Origin: Candidatus Marinacidobacterales bacterium
GTDB taxonomy: Bacteria; Acidobacteriota; Vicinamibacteria; Marinacidobacterales; DATDRI01
NCBI GenBank assembly: GCA_965219415.1
Contig: CBDCNP010000002.1
Coordinates: 5,120,001-5,184,000, forward strand
Reading direction: 5' to 3'
DNA length: 64,000 nt
In this document: positions 21,324 to 33,716 of the stretch, in pieces
Numbering within the stretch: the first letter of the stretch is position 1
Layout of the letters: each line of letters begins with the position of its first letter
Notes under the pieces: model-generated
What the model was told of the DNA's origin: nothing
What the model saw: the letters and a program-made list of their open reading frames with translations, nothing else
The model's database searches: none
Program-made: the position numbers and the translations under genes

Positions 21324-23790
21324 TGCCTTGGTGCACAACTCGCGATCTCGGTCCACAATTGTCCTGTACTCGCGGATACGAGGTTCCCCATGAGCATTTT
21401 CAAACGCACTCAGCGGAAGTATGTGAAGAAGGCCTATCGCGTGAGGAATTGGCGTGAATATGAGGCGGGTCTACGCAACCGCGGGAGCCTGACCGTCTGG
21501 ATCTCGCTCACCGCCGGCAAGCTTGTGAACTGGGACGCGCCCCGGCCAAGGAGGAGGAAACCGGGCCGTCAACGCAAGTACTCGAACCACGCCATCGAGA
21601 CGGCTGTCACCCTGGGCATGGTGTTTCATCTGTCATCTAGGCAGAGCGAGGGATTGCTGCGGTCGTTGTTCGCTCTGATGAAGCTAGACAGTGATGTGCC
21701 CGATCACACCACGATCTCGAGGCGCAAGCCGAAGCTGGGTAAGGTCCCCTTCTACCCAGTCAAGCAGAAGACGCCGTTGCACATCTTGTTCGACAGCAGT
21801 GGTCTCGCTGTCCACGCCGGCCAGCTGCGCAGAGCACAAAAGAGCAGGGACTATCGCAAGCTCCATCTGTGTGTCGACGAGCAGAGTGGCGAAGTCGTCG
21901 CCGGCGAGCTGACGAGCAAAAGAGCCCGCGATTCATCGCGGGTTGCATCGCTTGTCGGACAGATCGACAGTCCCATCTCATCGGCCAGAGCTGACACCGC
22001 ATACGACGCCGGCGGCGTCTATGAGGCAATCGAGAATCACAGCGCTCATCGCTCGCCGAGGGTGCTGATACCGCCGCGCAAGGGCGCCCTGCTCGCATCG
22101 GGGCCGGCGAGCAGCCGACAGCGCAATCGCAACATTGCAGCACAAGCTCGGCTCGGCAAACGAAAGGAGCTCTTGTCAATAGGTGTGTAAAAAAGTTCAG
22201 GCAGCAGCAACCTTCGACGACTCCGTTACCCTGTCTCCATCTTCAAATCGAACGCCCAGGTGAACCTCTCGCATCAGCTCCGGTGCGTTGAGCCGGCGAA
22301 AATTCTTCTCCGCAACCAGAAGCAGTTTGAAGATTGTCGCAGTGGCGGACTCGATTTTCTTGAACCTTTTGGCCGCATCCGTTCTCAATCTCAGTGCAGC
22401 GAACGGTGATTCCACGACGTTGCTCGTGCGAAGGTGTTGCCAGTGAGGCTTGGGAAAGGAATAGAAGCTGACCATCCGCTCCCAGTCCTCGTCGAGCACG
22501 TGCGCGGCCCCCGGAAGACCCTTGCGCAAGCACCAATCCTGGAACTTGGCCTTCTTCGTCTCGCACTCCTGCAGGCTGGTGGGGTAGGGGATCGCCGTCA
22601 ACAGCGGCTTGGCCTGCGCCTGGTCCCTTTTCGGAATCCGGTCCAGTACGTTGAGGATTCGGTGGTTCCAGCACCGCTGCTCCTCAGCTTCTGGAAATAC
22701 GTTTCGGGTCGCGGCACAGATGCCGAGATGACCGTCACCGATCACCAAACGGGGACATCTCAGACCGCGCTTCTTCAGTCTCCGTAGCAGCGACGACCAT
22801 GACGCTTCGGATTCTCGATGCCCGGCCTCCAGCGTCAGGACGATTTTCGTCCCGTCGGACAGGCCACCAACCGCAACTAGCACCGCCGCCTTGTCCTTCT
22901 CAAGGCCGGCCTTCACGTACACGCCATCTACCCACAGGGACACGAGCTCGAGTTCGTCCAGTGGGCGAGCTAGCCACTGCTCGTACTCTCCCTGCCATTT
23001 CTGTTTCAGCCGCGACACCGTGCTGGGAGAAAGTGGAGCGTCCTCCCCTAGAAGCCCGCGGAGCGCCAAATCGAAATCTCCGTGAGCTAGTCCATGCAGG
23101 TACAGCTCCGGAATCAACTCGCTCACCGTTTCGCTCCGACGCTTGAACAGCGGAAGCACTCGACTTTCGAACCTCTCCTCCACGTCCCCTACTCTCGGCC
23201 GGCGAACCGTCACCGTGCCCACGCTCATCGTCAGCTTCCGAGGCTTACCGTATCCATTTCGATAGCCCGCCGTTGTGTCCACGGGCTTCCGTCTCTCCGA
23301 TTTCTCACGCCCGAGAAGCTCCGTGACTTCGGCTACCATCAGCTCCTGCACCCAATCCTGGATCTCGAGCCTCGCCCACTTCTCCAGCGACTCCCAAGCC
23401 ACCCTTGACGAGCTCCGTCGTCCTGTGGTCTTTTCCTTCATGGCGGTGTCTCCTTCCGTTGGCCCCTTCAGGCCGTGTTTCGTGACGCGGAAGGTTACTC
23501 CGCCTTTACTTTATTTCCACACCTTCTGAGGGTAGCTCAACGAAAGTGGCACACAGAATCGGGCTACAGCAAACGGAGCAAAGTCGAGACAACGTTCCAT
23601 CGCTACAAGGCTATCGTGGGCTCAGCGATGCGAGCGAGAGGGTTAGCGGCACAGAGAGGTGAGGCAAGGATCGGGTGCAAGATTCTCAACACCATGACGG
23701 CGCTCGGGATGCCTGATAGCGAGATGATCGGATGATGGGAGTCGGGGCCAAGCGAGCTCTCGGCCTCTATCGGAGTTGTGCACCAAGGCA
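21324..23790 (+). mobile_element. IS5-family (IS903 group) element interrupted by IS256; preceded by an IS1-type end at 21291
   Basis: IR TGCCTTGGTGCACAACTC / GAGTTGTGCACCAAGGCA; YRVRNWREYEAGLRNRGSLTVW; CDS from 21389. Confidence 0.92.
22167..23538 (-). mobile_element. IS256-family element, transposase 22197-23441
   Basis: 8-bp TSD AACGAAAG (22159-22166, 23539-23546); imperfect IR GAGCT..TCA..AGGTGTG; YRNGY, WVDG, IGDG, QRCWNH, TSNVVES. Confidence 0.95.
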
Positions 23791-24288
23791 CCAATAGTCC
23801 GAATCTGAACGCATACGCGGAAAGATTCGTTCTTTCCATACGTCAAGAGTGTCTTGACCGCTTCGTACCTCTCAGTGAGCGACACCTGCGGACAGCGGTA
23901 ACCGAATACGTAGTGCACTATCACACAGAACGGAACCACCAGGGTCTCGGCAACGAGTTCCTCACACCTCTGCCGGCAAGCGCGAATGACGCTGGCCCCA
24001 TCGTGTCGCGAGAGCGACTTGGGGGCATTCTCAACTACTACTGCCGTGCCGCGTAGATGGTTTGCTGGCGACGGTAGCCCCTCGGTGCGCTCGACCGGCG
24101 TAGCGTGGAAACAGCTTCAGGAACACGCTTCGATATTCGCTCTCGACTAGGAGGTCATCTGCATGGTGACGACCCGCCCGCCCAAGACGATTGTAAAGCC
24201 CATGGCCCTTGGCCCGGTCGTAAACACAGACACTAAGTTGCTGATTTATGGCCTATTTCAAAAGGGCCGAGTTTTGGCACAGGACGGG
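23791..24288 (+). mobile_element. 3' remnant of rve element variant B2
   Basis: [12 protein letters not shown]...[13 protein letters not shown], ends GGCACAGGACGGG. Confidence 0.85.
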
Positions 24289-25143
24289 GTCGGCATCCAG
24301 GGTGTCAGCGAAGACTACGTTTGGTTCTCGAACTACGACGCTGAACACGGTCGCCTCATCACGCCCACTGAGATTCGCCGGAAACGGCCGGTGGCGGTGA
24401 TCGGCTGGGATGTTGCCGATCGATTGTTCGCTGGAGAGAGCCCTCTCGATAAATCCATAAGAATCGAAGGAGTACGTTTTCGGGTGATCGGCGTCGGCGA
24501 AAAAAGGGGAGTCGTCTTCGGACATTCTCAAGACGAGTTCGTCATTATCGCCCTGGGCGCTCACCGGAAGATCTTCGGTGCGCGACGGGGTCTCACTCTG
24601 ATGGCCAAACCCACGCACCCAAGCCTCATGCACCGGGCGATGGAGGATGCACTGGTGGCCCTGCGCATTCACCGCAAGCTCAAGCCGCGCGAAGACAACA
24701 ATTTCGGAATGTTCACCTCGGGTACTCTTCTCTCCCTCTGGCACGCCGCCACGTCGGGAATCTTTGCCGTTTTGGTCGGCGTCGTGGCCCTCTCGCTAGT
24801 GGTCGGCGGGATCGTCATCATGAACATCATGTTGATGGTCGTCACCGAGCGAACGCGGGAGATTGGCCTACGTAAAGCGCTCGGCGCCCGGCGGCGTGAC
24901 ATCATTTGGCAGATCCTGACCGAGTCCGTCACGCTCTCCATCGTGGGCGGCTTGATCGGCACTGCGCTCGGCTTTGCCGTGGCCCTGACGATCGAGCGGA
25001 CGACCCCGGTGCCGGCCGCCATCGAGCTCTGGTCGGTTGTTCTCGGAATCTCGATGACCGCGGTGGTGGGCCTTTCCTTCGGTCTCTATCCTGCCCTGCG
25101 TGCCGCCGGTTTGAGCCCCATCGAAGCCCTCCGAAGGGAATAG
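24289..25143 (+). pseudogene. 5'-truncated MacB/FtsX-family ABC permease
   Basis: [28 protein letters not shown]; N-terminus replaced in frame by element-end sequence. Confidence 0.85.
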
Positions 25144-25147
25144 CTGA

Positions 25148-26428
25148 GTGACGATTCGCACCGCGATCTTCCGCGAAATCGCGTCTATGGCACTGGACAC
25201 TTTGCGGGCCAACAAGATGCGCTCCGCCCTGACCATCGTAGGCGTCGTCATCGGAATCACCGCCATCGTCGGGATGACCGCGTTGATTCGCGGCTTCGAT
25301 CGATCGCTCAGAGCCATGATCCAAGAGTTGGGTCCCACCACCATGTTTGTCGCCAAGTTTAGCGGCGTGAGCTTCATGTCAGGGCAGGACTTCATTGACC
25401 TGATTCGGCGCCCCAACCTGACGCCGGAGGACGCCAAGGTCATTGGGAGGCTTCCATCGGTTCGGTGGGTAGACCTCTGGTTGGGAGGCAACCTCGAGAC
25501 CGTAATGGAGAGGATCGTTTATCGCGGTGAGAAAACGAAGGCGATGCCGATTCTTGGGGCGTCAGAATACTTCGGCCAGGTTGGGTTTATTCCGGTGGAA
25601 ACGGGTCGGTTCTTTACCTCGGCGGAGGTGAATCACCGACGGGCGGTCGTCGTCCTAGGTCAGACGCCCTACCGGTCGCTCTTCCCGCTAATCGATCCTA
25701 TTGGAAAACAAGTGCGCATCGCCGGCCAACAGTACACGGTAGTGGGCATCTTGGCCGAACGTCCGAGCCTTGGCGGCTTCAATGCCGGGCAGGACGATTT
25801 CGTCGTCATCCCCTACACGAAGTATCAGAAGCAATTCGGCGTGCCATCGATGCGCATTCATGGCGGCGTCCACCGGGACGTGACGTTCGTTGTCGTTCCG
25901 CGTGATGGAGAACGCGATACCGCGATGAGAGAGATCGAAGAGATCATGCGGATCCGACATGGGCTCCGTTTGGACGAACCTAATGACTTCGACGTTGTCA
26001 CACAGGACGCGGCGCTGAGAGTGTGGGACCAAGCAACGCGGGCGATTTTCTTGGGGCTTGTGGTGATCTCATCGATCGCCTTGTTGGTTGGCGGTATCGG
26101 GGTGATGGCGATCATGACCATGTCAGTTACCGAGCGGACGAACGAAATCGGACTCCGCAAGGCGCTTGGCGCACGACGGCGGGAGATACTTTGGCAGTTC
26201 TTGATCGAGGCCGCCGCTCTGACGTCAGTGGGGGGTGTCCTCGGCGTTGTCTTCGGCAGCGCCATCGGGCTCCTCGTTCATTTCACTGTGAACTTTCCGA
26301 TCTCTCTTCCGTGGTGGTCCTTCGCATTGGGTCTCGGCTTCTCCGCGGGCGTGGGGCTCGTTTTCGGCATGGCTCCCGCGATCCGAGCCTCGCGACTCGA
26401 TCCCATCGAGGCCCTGCGCCATGAGTGA
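25148..26428 (+). CDS. MacB/FtsX-family ABC permease
   Basis: [36 protein letters not shown]. Confidence 0.92.
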   Translation: MTIRTAIFREIASMALDTLRANKMRSALTIVGVVIGITAIVGMTALIRGFDRSLRAMIQELGPTTMFVAKFSGVSFMSGQDFIDLIRRPNLTPEDAKVIGRLPSVRWVDLWLGGNLETVMERIVYRGEKTKAMPILGASEYFGQVGFIPVETGRFFTSAEVNHRRAVVVLGQTPYRSLFPLIDPIGKQVRIAGQQYTVVGILAERPSLGGFNAGQDDFVVIPYTKYQKQFGVPSMRIHGGVHRDVTFVVVPRDGERDTAMREIEEIMRIRHGLRLDEPNDFDVVTQDAALRVWDQATRAIFLGLVVISSIALLVGGIGVMAIMTMSVTERTNEIGLRKALGARRREILWQFLIEAAALTSVGGVLGVVFGSAIGLLVHFTVNFPISLPWWSFALGLGFSAGVGLVFGMAPAIRASRLDPIEALRHE

Positions 26429-27183
26429 GCTTCTTTGACGGCAGGAGCGCCAGTTTGAGCCTCATCGAAACGCACGGGCTATGGAAAACCTACCCGATGG
26501 GCTCGGTGGAGATCCACGCTCTGCGCGACGTGGAACTGCGTGTCGAGACCGGCGACTATGTTGCTATCATGGGACCTTCCGGCTCCGGAAAGTCAACCTT
26601 CCTGAACCTTCTCGGTTGCCTAGATACGCCAACTCGGGGCCGGTACGCGCTGAACGGGCGTGACGTGAGCTCGATGAACGAAGATGAGTTGGCGCTGGTC
26701 CGTAACGAGGAAATAGGCTTCGTCTTCCAGACATTCAATCTGTTGCCGCGCGCTACCGCGTTCCACAATGTCGAATTGCCTCTTATTTATGCGGGGGTGC
26801 CGCTAGAGGGGCGCCGCCAACGTGGTCTCGAGGCTCTCGAGAAAGTAGATCTCGCCGACCGGGTCGAACACCGCCCCAACGAGCTTTCGGGCGGAGAACG
26901 CCAGCGGGTCGCCATCGCGCGGGCCCTCGTCAACAATCCTTCGCTGCTTCTCGCCGATGAACCTACCGGCAACCTGGATTCGAAAACCGGGCAAGAGATC
27001 CTTGCCGTCTTGGACAAGCTTCACGAGGACGGGCATACGTTGCCGGTGGTTACACACGAAAGAGACGTAGCTGCCAGGGCTCGTCGCATAGTCCATTTGA
27101 AGGACGGCTCCATCGAGTCGATCGAGGTCGTCGAGTCGAACGGTTCGAGACAGGCCGGCGCGAATCCGTCGAGTTCTACCTGA
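26425..27183 (+). CDS. ABC transporter ATP-binding protein (LolD/MacB-like)
   Basis: [26 protein letters not shown]; start may be TTG 26455. Confidence 0.93.
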   Translation: MSFFDGRSASLSLIETHGLWKTYPMGSVEIHALRDVELRVETGDYVAIMGPSGSGKSTFLNLLGCLDTPTRGRYALNGRDVSSMNEDELALVRNEEIGFVFQTFNLLPRATAFHNVELPLIYAGVPLEGRRQRGLEALEKVDLADRVEHRPNELSGGERQRVAIARALVNNPSLLLADEPTGNLDSKTGQEILAVLDKLHEDGHTLPVVTHERDVAARARRIVHLKDGSIESIEVVESNGSRQAGANPSSST

Positions 27184-27427
27184 TGATGCGGATTCCCCGA
27201 TCCGGCGGATACGGGAACTCGATGCGGCGCGGGGTGACGACGGCACCAACATGGAAGGCGATGTACATGTGTTTACCCTTGCCCCATTTCTACAGGTACT
27301 TCTTGGTGGGCACTATTTTGTAGGGATACAAGATTTGCAACAAAATCGCCAGTAAAGACACGGGTTTTATGCAAAGCAGCCGAAATCAACGCATTTTTTC
27401 CGGCAAATGATTGGAAACAAACGATCG

Positions 27428-27593
27428 GGTGCTTGCGCTGTTTGCCGTTGGTGATGTGTACGTATCCCTTTGCAAAAAAAGTGCTTACGCTCTATTTAGC
27501 GCGCGGCGAAGGTCGTGAGCACTATTTTGGCTGTAATTTAATGCAGCGTAAAGTCTTAGCGTCATCTCACCAACACTTAATGGCGGAAGCACC
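27428..27593 (-). mobile_element. Family-A MITE
   Basis: Full TIR pair. Confidence 0.87.
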
Positions 27594-27701
27594 GCTTAGC
27601 GAGAAATAGGCAGGGTCCGCACAAACGCGTGCGTTACGAGTGGCATCCAGCCCGGTGACCCAATTCTGGCACTGGGTTTTTCCAGAACGGGAGAGGAAAT
27701 C

Positions 27702-28026
27702 ATGAGCGCAAAGTCAATGGAGATTAGGAGAGCTGCCGACGAGGAGTCGGTCGGAGAGTGGGGATTTCTGGCGTGGGTACTCTGGCCTGTTGCACTTCTC
27801 GTTGTCCTACATTCGGTCTCCGAAAATGCCGGACTCGATGCTCGAATCACTTGAGAAAGAAGGCATCGGTGACACCGAGATCTCAGCGCTGGAACAGGCA
27901 TACGTGAGACGTCTGAAGGGACGCCAGATCAAAGCTGCCTGGATAGGAACTGGGTTGTCCTTTGCAACGGTCGTCATTTTTATGATCATTGCGCCACAAG
28001 TGTTTTTAGGTAGGCCTCTAAGCTGA
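27702..28026 (+). pseudogene. Small two-TM membrane protein with one frameshift
   Basis: GAGAGG RBS, MSAKSME...WGFLAWVLWPVALLVV / YIRSPKMPD...AAWIGTGLSFATVVIFMIIA. Confidence 0.45.
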
Positions 28027-28152
28027 TGCTCACGATGGTGGTGTGCGTCATCGCCTCGATCGCATGACCCGTACCGCCAAGCGTCTCCGCCAGAAGCTCA
28101 CGTGCCTTGGTTTATGTCTGCCGTGCGAGGTTCATATTAAGCGCACGTAGGG

Positions 28153-28318
28153 GGTGCTTGCGCTGTTTACTGTTGGTGACGTGTACGTATCCCGTTGCAA
28201 AAGAGTCGCTTACGCTCTATTTAGCACGCAGCGAAGGTCACGAGCGCTATTTTGGCTGTAACTTAATGCACCGTAAAGTCTTAGCGTCATCTTACCAACA
28301 CTTAATAGCGGAAGCACC
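28153..28318 (-). mobile_element. Family-A MITE; rve end follows at 28343-28403
   Basis: Full TIR pair. Confidence 0.87.
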
Positions 28319-28429
28319 TGCGGACGGATCAGGATCGGCGCTCCCGTCCTGTGCCAAAACTCGGCCCTTTTGAAATAGACCATAAATCAGCAGCTTAGTG
28401 TCTATGGTGCGCTCCCGTGAACGGCTTGG

Positions 28430-28527
28430 CGGTAGTAGACCCGCCGTCCCTTCTGTGCCGCGGCGATCGCGAGGCTGATCGCGAGATGGGTCTTACCGAC
28501 GCCGGGCGGTCCCAACAGAACGACGTC
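28430..28527 (-). pseudogene. istB: IS21 istB ATPase fragment
   Basis: Minus strand [32 protein letters not shown]. Confidence 0.7.
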
Positions 28528-28726
28528 AGCATCTTGGTTGTAGGCAGTTCGCCAATCTCATACAGCTCGAGTTTATGGAAGGGACAGGTAGCTCGCCAAC
28601 ATCGTGGTTCCACCATCCGCATCGTTGACGGCGGACGCCGGTGTCAAACCGTAGACTTTGCAACGAGTTATCCATCTGGAGCTCTTTTTTGCGATGGTGG
28701 CCGGAAAACGTTCCTATAATGGCGGT

Positions 28727-28955
28727 ATGGGAAAGCTTCTTTTGCTGTTCATCATCGTCCCCGCCGTGGAACTCGGTCTTCTCATCCAAGCGGGAATCTA
28801 TCTCGGTACGTGGCCGACGCTCGCGTTGATCGTCTTCACCGGCATCGTGGGCGCGTATCTGGCACGGCGGCAAGGTTCTCGGTTTGGACCCGCGCTGAGG
28901 AGCAGATGGACCGTGGCGAGTTCCCCGCGGGCTCGCTCGCGGACGGCGTCATGAT
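28727..28955 (+). pseudogene. fxsA: FxsA-family protein, frameshifted and 3'-truncated
   Basis: LLFIIVPAVELGLLIQAG...GAYLARRQG / GEFPAGSLADGVMI, then rve end. Confidence 0.75.
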
Positions 28956-30382
28956 CCCGTCCTGTGCCAAAATTTGATCCACATGCAAACGTTACAAGCG
29001 AACAGTTGACGCGGCGTGGGCGGTGAGGCCCGCGACAACCATTGAGCAGAGCTACCCTTTGGACGGGTCGTCACCTTGCAGATGACCACCTAGTCGAGAG
29101 CGAATATCCAAGCGTGTTCCTGAAGCTGTTTTCACGCTACGCCGAGCGGGCACCGAGGGGCTACCGTCGCCAGCGACCATCTACGCGGCACAGCAGTAGT
29201 AGTTGAGAATGCCCCCAAGTCGCTCTCGCGACACGATGGGGCCAGCGCTATTCGCGCTTGCCGGCAGAGGTGTGAGGAGCTCGTTGCCGAGACCTTGGTG
29301 GTTCCGTTCTGTGTGATAGTGCACTACGTATTCGGTTACCGCTGTGCGCAGGTGTCGCTCACTGAGAGGTACGAAGCGGTCGAGACACTCTCGACGTATG
29401 GAGAGAACGAATCTTTCCGCGTATGCGTTCAGATTCGGACTGTTCGCTGGAAGGCGGAGGGGCTTCACACCTGAATCTCTCAAGAGCCCACGTACCGCCT
29501 CGGTGAATAGCGGGTCCCGGTCGTGGATAAGGTACCGCTTGCCAAGGAGGAAACCATCCCACAGGTCAGTGAGGTTTCTTGCCGCCTGCTTCATCCACTC
29601 CCCGTTTGGGTCCGAGGTCATCCCACCGATGCACACGCAGCGAGTGGCGATATCGATGACAAACAGGACATGGTAGCGGACGATCCCGAACGGGTTCACC
29701 ACCTCGACGGTGAACAGGTCTGTCGCAGCGATAGCGCCCCAATGAGCCTTGAGGAAAGTGCTCCACGACATGCTCTTGCCCCGCTCCGGAGCCGGCGCGA
29801 TACCGTGCTCGGCGAGGAGCCTCTTGAATGGTGTTGCGTCCGAGTTCATGTCCGAGGTTCTTGAGTGCACCCCGCAGGCGCGTATATCCCCACGTCGGGT
29901 TCTCCTGCGCCACGCGCACAATGAGCTCACGGATGTCCTTCGCCGTGGGAGGTCGGCCTGGGCTCCGGTTCTTGCTGCCATCGTACTTGGCTGCGATGAG
30001 GTGGCGGTACCAGCGCAGGAGCGTAGCGGGTGTGGCAACCGACGCAATCTGGGCCAGCGCCTCGCGGCCTAAAGCTTGGGCCTTGACCGCGAGCCTGCGC
30101 CGGTCGTCGTCCGAGAGCCTGAGACGCTTGCCCCGAAGCCCGGCTCGGAGCACACGGTTCTCCTCTTGCTGGTAGTCGATCACATCCTGCTGCTGGCGGT
30201 TGACCCAGCCAGCCAGAACGAGCAGTAGGAATTGCACGTGGTAGGTCATCATAGGTCTGAAGATAACACCCTCGGGCCAGACGATTGTAAAGCCCACGGC
30301 CCTTGGCCCGGTCGCAAACACAGACACTAAGCTGCTGATTTATGGCCTATTTCAAAAGGGCTGAGTTTTGGCACAGGACGGG
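28956..30382 (-). mobile_element. Full-length rve element variant B2; transposase 29181-30252 frameshifted near 29830
   Basis: TIR CCCGTCCTGTGCCAAAA at both ends. Confidence 0.88.
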
Positions 30383-30404
30383 AGCGCACCGTGCGCTCGG
30401 GACT

Positions 30405-30599
30405 GAGGTAACTACTCGTTGCGCAGGACCAACTCCTCATCCACGGACCCTGAGATGTAGCTCACCATGGTATTCCAGTCCATCGCGACCCCTTCCGCTG
30501 AACTGGAATACGTATCCGACCGCGATGGCGGATTCAAGCGGTCTTTGGAAAGGTGCAAACTGTTGACCCGCTGGGCGTTCGAGTATTTTGACCAGACGG
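30405..30599 (-). mobile_element. Left end and 5' stub of rve element variant C
   Basis: CCGTCTGGTCAAAATACTC then MDWNTMVSYISGSVDEELVLRNE*. Confidence 0.6.
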
Positions 30600-31249
30600 G
30601 GACTGTCGATCTGTCCGACAAGCGATGCAACCCGCGATGAATCGCGGGATCTTTTGCTCGTCAGCTCGCCGGCGACGACTTCGCCACTCTGCTCGTCGAC
30701 ACACAGATGGAGCTTGCGATAGTCCCTGCTCTTTTGTGCTCTGCGCAGCTGGCCGGCGTGGACAGCGAGACCGCTGCTGTCGATCAAGATGTGCAACGGC
30801 GTCTTCTGCTTGACTGGGTAGAAGGGGACCTTACCCAGCTTCGGCTTGCGCCTCGAGATCGTGGTGTGATCGGGCACATCATTGTCTAGCTTCATCAGAG
30901 CGAACAACGACCGCAGCAATCCCTCGCTCTGCCTAGATGACAGATGAAACACCATGCCCAGGGTGACAGCCGTCTCGATGGCGTGGTTCGAGTACTTGCG
31001 TTGACGGCCCGGTTTCCTCCTCCTTGGCCGGGGCGCGTCCCAGTTCACAAGCTTGCCGGCGGTGAGCGAGATCCAGACGGTCAGGCTCCCGCGGTTGCGT
31101 AGACCCGCCTCATATTCACACCAATTCCTCACGCGATAGGCCTTCTTCACATACTTCCGCTGAGTGCGTTTGAAAATGCTCATGGGGAACCTCGTATCCG
31201 CGAGTACAGGACAATTGTGGACCGAGATCGCGAGTTGTGCACCAAGGCA
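30600..31249 (-). mobile_element. IS5 (IS903 group) copy, 3'-truncated
   Basis: Near-identical to 51400-52048; cut by the C-type end. Confidence 0.9.
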
Positions 31250-32260
31250 GAGAAACGACAGAGTTCAGGAGCGAGCTGTTGCCCCGGTACGCGCGCCGGA
31301 CTCGTGGGTCGACGAGGCGCTCTTGGGGACGTACTTGTCGGGCGCGAATAGCCGCCGGATCCGCAAAGCGCTGAAACCACTGCTCGGTGAGGAGCACCTA
31401 TCGAAGAGCGCGGTGTCTTGCGTGGTTAGCCGGCTGAAGGAGCGCTTCGAGGAATGGCAGAACCGTGCTCTCAGCGAGGAGGTCTACGCGATCGTTTACC
31501 TGGACGGCTTCCACCTGAAAGTGCGGATGGCGAAACGTGTGATCAGCGTACCCGTACTGGCCGCGCTCGGGGTCGCGCCAGACGGGCACAAACGTCTGTT
31601 GTCATTGCGTCTGGCGGTGAGCGAAGCCTCGACGCATTGGGGCTCCGTGCTGGAGGGACTCCAGGCTCGAGGACTCCGGGCTCCCAAGCTAGTGATCAGC
31701 GACGGCCACAAGGGGCTGACGAAAGCGCTGGAGAAGTGGCCGGGGTGCCGGTTGCAGCGATGTACCGAGCACAAGCGCGCCAACTTGCTCCAACATTGCC
31801 CGGCGCACGCACGCCGTGAGCTCCGGCGTGACTACAACCGGATCGTCTACGCCAAGAACGGGTTCGATGCTCGCAAAGCCTATGACGAGCTCGTCGCCAA
31901 GTGGACGCCTCTCGCGCCGGCCGTCGTCCGAAGCCTAGAGGAGGCCGGTAATCAGCTGCTGACCTTCTACGAATTCCCTCGTGCCCATGTGGAAATCGAT
32001 TCGAACAACCAATGCTCTGGAGAATCTCAACCGCGAGTTTCGACGCCGGACGAAAACCCAAGCGTCGTTCTCCAGCGAGGAGTCTGCGGTCGCTTTGCTG
32101 TTTGGGCTTATCGCCTCTGGCCAGATTCAACTACGACGCATCGACGGCTACCAACGTCTGAGCGAGGTTCTCGAACACGCGGAGGTTGCCGCCTGATATG
32201 ATACTCTGATGACGGAGTGGAGGGCGCCGTTCTTTTTCCACGGACCTCGGGACACATCCC
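31250..32260 (+). mobile_element. IS256-family remnant, 5'-truncated and frameshifted
   Basis: YLSGANSRR, YLDG, ISDG, QRCTEH, RTTNALENLNREFRRRTK. Confidence 0.85.
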
Positions 32261-32304
32261 ACCGACATGGCAGTTTGAATCTAGATCGATTAGGCTTCGT
32301 TGAG

Positions 32305-32961
32305 ATGGAATCGGCTTTCGAGGCAAAGCGGAAAATCATTCAGGCTTACGACGATTTCATCATACGGCTTTATTGTAAGATTCGGTTTCGTATTATGAAC
32401 ATGCGAATCCTGGATGAGATCGAACAGTATCTGCCGAAGGAGGGGAAGATCTTAGATATCGGATGTGGATTCGGCCTCTTTAGCTTGTTCTTTGCAAGCT
32501 GTGCGCCGTCACGCTCGCTCTTTTCATTCGACATCAATCAACGTCGCATCCGAATTGCGCGTGAGTCAGGCGAAAAACTCGGGCTAACCGACCGTGTTTG
32601 TTTTCGCAACGGTAACGTGCTCAAGTACGAGTTCGGTGAGAGGGTCGACGGCATCGTCGTGGTGGACTTACTCCATCACATCCCCAAGGGTACGGTCCCA
32701 GAGATTCTTCGACGTTTCTACGAGATTCTCTCGAGTGGAGGGATCGCGATCATCAAGGATGTCGACAACAGGCCCTTGCCGAAGGTTGTTTTCACGTGGG
32801 TTCTCGACAAAATCATGGATCTCAAGACGCCAGTCCACTACTTCTCTCGGGAACAGATGTCCTCAATGCTGCGGTCGGTGGGATTCGACGTCAAATATCA
32901 CGAGCTCCGGGATATCTTGCCCTACCCTCACATCTTGTATGTGTGTCGAAAACTCGCTTGA
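32305..32961 (+). CDS. Class I SAM-dependent methyltransferase
   Basis: ILDIGCGFG, DLLHHI; ORF-track start 32209 lies inside the IS end; rve end starts directly after the stop (32962). Confidence 0.85.
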   Translation: MESAFEAKRKIIQAYDDFIIRLYCKIRFRIMNMRILDEIEQYLPKEGKILDIGCGFGLFSLFFASCAPSRSLFSFDINQRRIRIARESGEKLGLTDRVCFRNGNVLKYEFGERVDGIVVVDLLHHIPKGTVPEILRRFYEILSSGGIAIIKDVDNRPLPKVVFTWVLDKIMDLKTPVHYFSREQMSSMLRSVGFDVKYHELRDILPYPHILYVCRKLA

Positions 32962-33124
32962 GCGTCGTGTCCAAAAATACAAACGAACTCAAGACCGGCG
33001 TGCCGGGACGTTTCGGAATAGACGTGTCTACGCTTGGTTCGCAGCACTTGAATGACCGGGTTGATTTCTCCGGGATTGCAGGCTAGCGTAATCTCTAAAC
33101 AGACAGCGAGGAGAGGAGAGACAA

Positions 33125-33646
33125 ATGCAGCCACTTTACGATCCCGAGGGTGTTCGGCCCATGTGGGAGGAGCTTGCCCAATGCGGGGTGGAGCCCGTGC
33201 AAACAAGAGAGAACGTCGACGAGGCCTTGAAGAGGCCTGGGACAACGCTCGTGGTGGTGAACTCGGTTTGTGGATGTGCTGCCGGCTCGGCGCGCCCGGG
33301 TGTGACTCGCGCCCTGCAACACAGCACAATTCCCGATCACCTCACGACGGTCTTCGCCGGCGTGGACCGTGAGGCCACGGAGCGCGCCAGAGAGCACATG
33401 GTCGGCGTTGCTCCGAGCTCACCTTCGGTGGCTCTTTTCAAAGACGGCGAGCTCGTGCACATGCTTGAGCGACGGCATATAGAGATGATGAACGACGAGA
33501 TGGTGGCGCAGAACCTGACCGAGGCTTTCGACAAGTACTGCTCTCGACAGGGTCCGTCCGTCCCCAGAGAAGAGTACGAGAAGGTGGAGCACGCGCGGCA
33601 GTGTGGCTCCTCGGTGCCGCTGTTCGATCCCCTCTCAAACCACTAG
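33125..33646 (+). CDS. BrxA/BrxB-family bacilliredoxin, copy 2
   Basis: Four amino-acid differences from 6134-6655. Confidence 0.9.
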   Translation: MQPLYDPEGVRPMWEELAQCGVEPVQTRENVDEALKRPGTTLVVVNSVCGCAAGSARPGVTRALQHSTIPDHLTTVFAGVDREATERAREHMVGVAPSSPSVALFKDGELVHMLERRHIEMMNDEMVAQNLTEAFDKYCSRQGPSVPREEYEKVEHARQCGSSVPLFDPLSNH

Positions 33647-33716
33647 CAGGCGCTCTTCTCCCCGGCAAAGTCCAGTCTCGTCTCGCCCTCGGGGGCCGTT
33701 CCCCGCCTGTGGCGTG

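Noticed and set aside
21234-21388. Extended starts of IS5 transposase (21234), B1 transposase (8315), methyltransferase (32209) and cytochrome c (48924)
   Set aside because: They run through IRs or upstream genes; downstream ATGs match the other copies or the domain start
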